Below, in pieces: positions 25,850 through 27,629 of a DNA stretch of 27,629 bases. The notes under the pieces were generated by a model that was not told the DNA's origin, searched no databases, and was given only the letters and a program-made list of their open reading frames with translations. The position numbers and the translations under genes were made by a program. Positions within the stretch are counted from its first letter, which is position 1, and every line of letters starts with the position of its first letter. Location: the IMG/VR virus record IMGVR_UViG_3300020388_000054, positions 1 through 27,629 of that record; one strand, written 5' to 3'. Source of the stretch: a virus (lineage: Duplodnaviria; Caudoviricetes).

Positions 25850-26458
25850 ATGCATAATTTTAGAGATTATTTAATAGAGAAAGCTGGCAAAGGTTTAACT
25901 ATCTTTGACATTGACGATACAATGTTTGTATCAAAGGCCAATATTATTGTAAAGAATAAAAATACTGGTCGTGAAAAAAAGTTATCGCCAATGGAATTTA
26001 ATTCTTATAAACTAAGAGATAATGAAGAGTATGATTTTGGTGAATTTAAATCCGCTAAAATCTTTTATCAAACTGCGACACCAATCGCAAGAATGGTAGC
26101 AAAAGCAAAAGCAATAATTAAAAATGCAACCAAGAAAGGTTCAAAGGTTATTATTGTGACTGCAAGAGCAGACATGGATGATAAAAAACTTTTTATAAAA
26201 ACATTTGAATCACATGGCATACCAATGAAAAATGTATATGTAGAAAGAGCTGGTAACATGAGTGGTTCAAGTAGTGCTGCTAATAAACAAATAATATTTA
26301 GAAAATATTTAAAGACTGGTGAGTATGCAAGAATAAGATTATTCGATGATCACAAAGAAAATCTTAAAGCATTACTTGACTTGAAAAAAGAATTTCCTTC
26401 AGTTGAAATGTTTGCATATTTAGCAGACCTGAAAGGAAGTATTAAGAGAATAAAATGA
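25850..26458 (+). CDS. HAD-superfamily phosphatase (PNKP 3'-phosphatase-like)
   Basis: IFDIDDT (DxD), IVTAR, K, LFDD; leader MHNFRDYLIE. Confidence 0.85.
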   Translation: MHNFRDYLIEKAGKGLTIFDIDDTMFVSKANIIVKNKNTGREKKLSPMEFNSYKLRDNEEYDFGEFKSAKIFYQTATPIARMVAKAKAIIKNATKKGSKVIIVTARADMDDKKLFIKTFESHGIPMKNVYVERAGNMSGSSSAANKQIIFRKYLKTGEYARIRLFDDHKENLKALLDLKKEFPSVEMFAYLADLKGSIKRIK

Positions 26459-26541
26459 TTTATAATAAAATGAGAAGTGCTCCATACGGCTATGGTCGAA
26501 GATTATTTCGATGGTGGTTACAGTGGACGAGGAGAATATAA
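26455..26541 (+). CDS. possible 28-aa basic Trp-rich peptide
   Basis: MIYNKMRSAPYGYGRRLFRWWLQWTRRI*; ATGA and TAATG overlaps fill the gap exactly. Confidence 0.45.
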   Translation: MIYNKMRSAPYGYGRRLFRWWLQWTRRI

Positions 26542-26741
26542 TGCCTGTAAAATTAAGCAAGAGCATAACACAGATAGACCGTGTTACTAAAAAAGTTTCA
26601 GTAGAACATGATTACATGCATGTACGCAGTAAGAAAGATCTGATTGAAAAGTATAATAACGAAAACACTAGACCAAAAGATAAGCGTAAAATTAAAATAG
26701 AATTAGTAAAGCGCGGTGGTGTAGTATTTAATAGAGGATGA
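26541..26741 (+). CDS. basic hypothetical protein (start 26541)
   Basis: GAGGAG SD before MPVKLSKS. Confidence 0.7.
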   Translation: MPVKLSKSITQIDRVTKKVSVEHDYMHVRSKKDLIEKYNNENTRPKDKRKIKIELVKRGGVVFNRG

Positions 26742-27127
26742 TTATGAAAAAATTATTATTTTGGGTGGTTGACTGTTGGAGATTAGTAATGGACAACAGA
26801 TACAATCCACTACGTCATATCCATGACCCATCAATACAAACATACTTTACAATGGCGTTATTCGTTATGTGGAGTTGTTATTTTGGTGTAGTTGCCTGGA
26901 CATATATGGACTGGGAAAACTATAGCATTGTTGCATCGATATTTATTCATATTGCTGTAATCGTACCGCTTTCAATAACAAATATTATATTTAAGGAAGC
27001 AGAAAAAAATGGTACACCTTGGTATACTAATTTTAGAGTAAACCAAAAAATAGAAGCTATGGATAAAAGACTAAAGCAAAGTAACTACGAAAAAAGAGTA
27101 CCATGGAATCTCGATAGAGAAGCATGA
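26738..27127 (+). CDS. membrane protein (2 TM)
   Basis: W..VMD..YNPL..I.D followed by two hydrophobic helices. Confidence 0.7.
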   Translation: MIMKKLLFWVVDCWRLVMDNRYNPLRHIHDPSIQTYFTMALFVMWSCYFGVVAWTYMDWENYSIVASIFIHIAVIVPLSITNIIFKEAEKNGTPWYTNFRVNQKIEAMDKRLKQSNYEKRVPWNLDREA

Positions 27128-27249
27128 GAAGTAAAAGAGAACAACGAATTAGAACTGAAAAAATAGTTTCAACGATATTAGCAGTTGTACTTATTGTAGG
27201 TGCGATTTATATGTATATCAATTATCAACCGAGTTTATTCAGTGGGTAA
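27124..27249 (+). CDS. 41-aa single-TM protein (not in ORF track)
   Basis: MRSKREQRIRTEKIVSTILAVVLIVGAIYMYINYQPSLFSG*; ATGA overlap. Confidence 0.6.
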   Translation: MRSKREQRIRTEKIVSTILAVVLIVGAIYMYINYQPSLFSG

Positions 27250-27421
27250 AGGAAGTAAACGTAGACCCACGTTAATCACAGACGAAAATTTCCAAAATAA
27301 TTGGGATAATATCTTTGCACGTAAAAAGACACCTAAACATGGTGTAACACAAATACATAAAGATAAAACCAAACAACATCCAAAAGATTATAAATATAAA
27401 TACATAGAGGAAAACGAATGA
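27242..27421 (+). CDS. small basic protein (GTG start, MGKGSKRRP)
   Basis: GKGS..RP...F..NWD.IF pattern. Confidence 0.6.
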   Translation: MGKGSKRRPTLITDENFQNNWDNIFARKKTPKHGVTQIHKDKTKQHPKDYKYKYIEENE

Positions 27422-27629
27422 GTTTAGATTTAGATAAATTTGATTTTGGATTTACTGCCGTTGATGAAGACGAGCTTGAAGTAGTTCAGAAACAAACACA
27501 AAAATTAGAATCAACATCAGGTAAAGCTGAAGAGTTAGAAGATAAATTAAATAAATTATATAATTCAATATTACCTTTATTAGCTAACTTAAAAGCAAAC
27601 CCAGAAAAGGATTACATCTACTGGCCTAA
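27418..27629 (+). CDS. conserved T4-like hypothetical protein, 3' truncated
   Basis: MSLDLDKFDFGFTAVDEDEL...PLLANLKANPEKDYIYWP; GAGG SD; two overlapping TATAAATA at 27389-27402. Confidence 0.75.
   Translation, partial: MSLDLDKFDFGFTAVDEDELEVVQKQTQKLESTSGKAEELEDKLNKLYNSILPLLANLKANPEKDYIYWP

Noticed and set aside
355-26259. Minus-strand ORFs and short alternative-frame plus ORFs in the track
   Set aside because: They shadow well-supported + strand genes, show no motifs, and have the hydrophobic/Ser-rich composition expected from the antisense of A-rich coding DNA.
1-27629. Stop-codon reassignment, tRNA genes or other structured RNA genes
   Set aside because: TAA, TGA and TAG all end genes cleanly, core genes are intact, and intergenic gaps are short with no cloverleaf visible by eye.

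Overview
AT-rich segment of a large T4-like (myovirus) phage genome, probably aquatic or marine, infecting a Gram-negative host. All credible genes are on the + strand and tightly packed. Left (1-5.4 kb): end of a C5 DNA methyltransferase, phage-encoded ribosomal protein bS21, UvsX, gp41 helicase and small ORFs. Middle (5.4-17 kb): a block opened by a T4 late-promoter box and lacking sigma70-type promoters. About a dozen of its genes start with a leader resembling the T4 capsid-targeting sequence (MxxFKxY/FxxE). It encodes a nuclease-like protein, a PAP2 phosphatase, a ligase-like nucleotidyltransferase, an HxGH nucleotidyltransferase and Lys-rich modular proteins, and ends with a spanin pair. 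Right (17-27.6 kb): nrdA, nrdB, a c-type cytochrome, glutaredoxin, GIY-YIG protein, RNase H, pyrimidine-dimer glycosylase-like protein, secreted EF-hand protein, exonuclease and HAD phosphatase. Six copies of one promoter motif (TTTACA-N17-TATAAT) and two hairpins structure the region, and several transcripts look leaderless. Family calls come from motif recognition by eye, not database searches.
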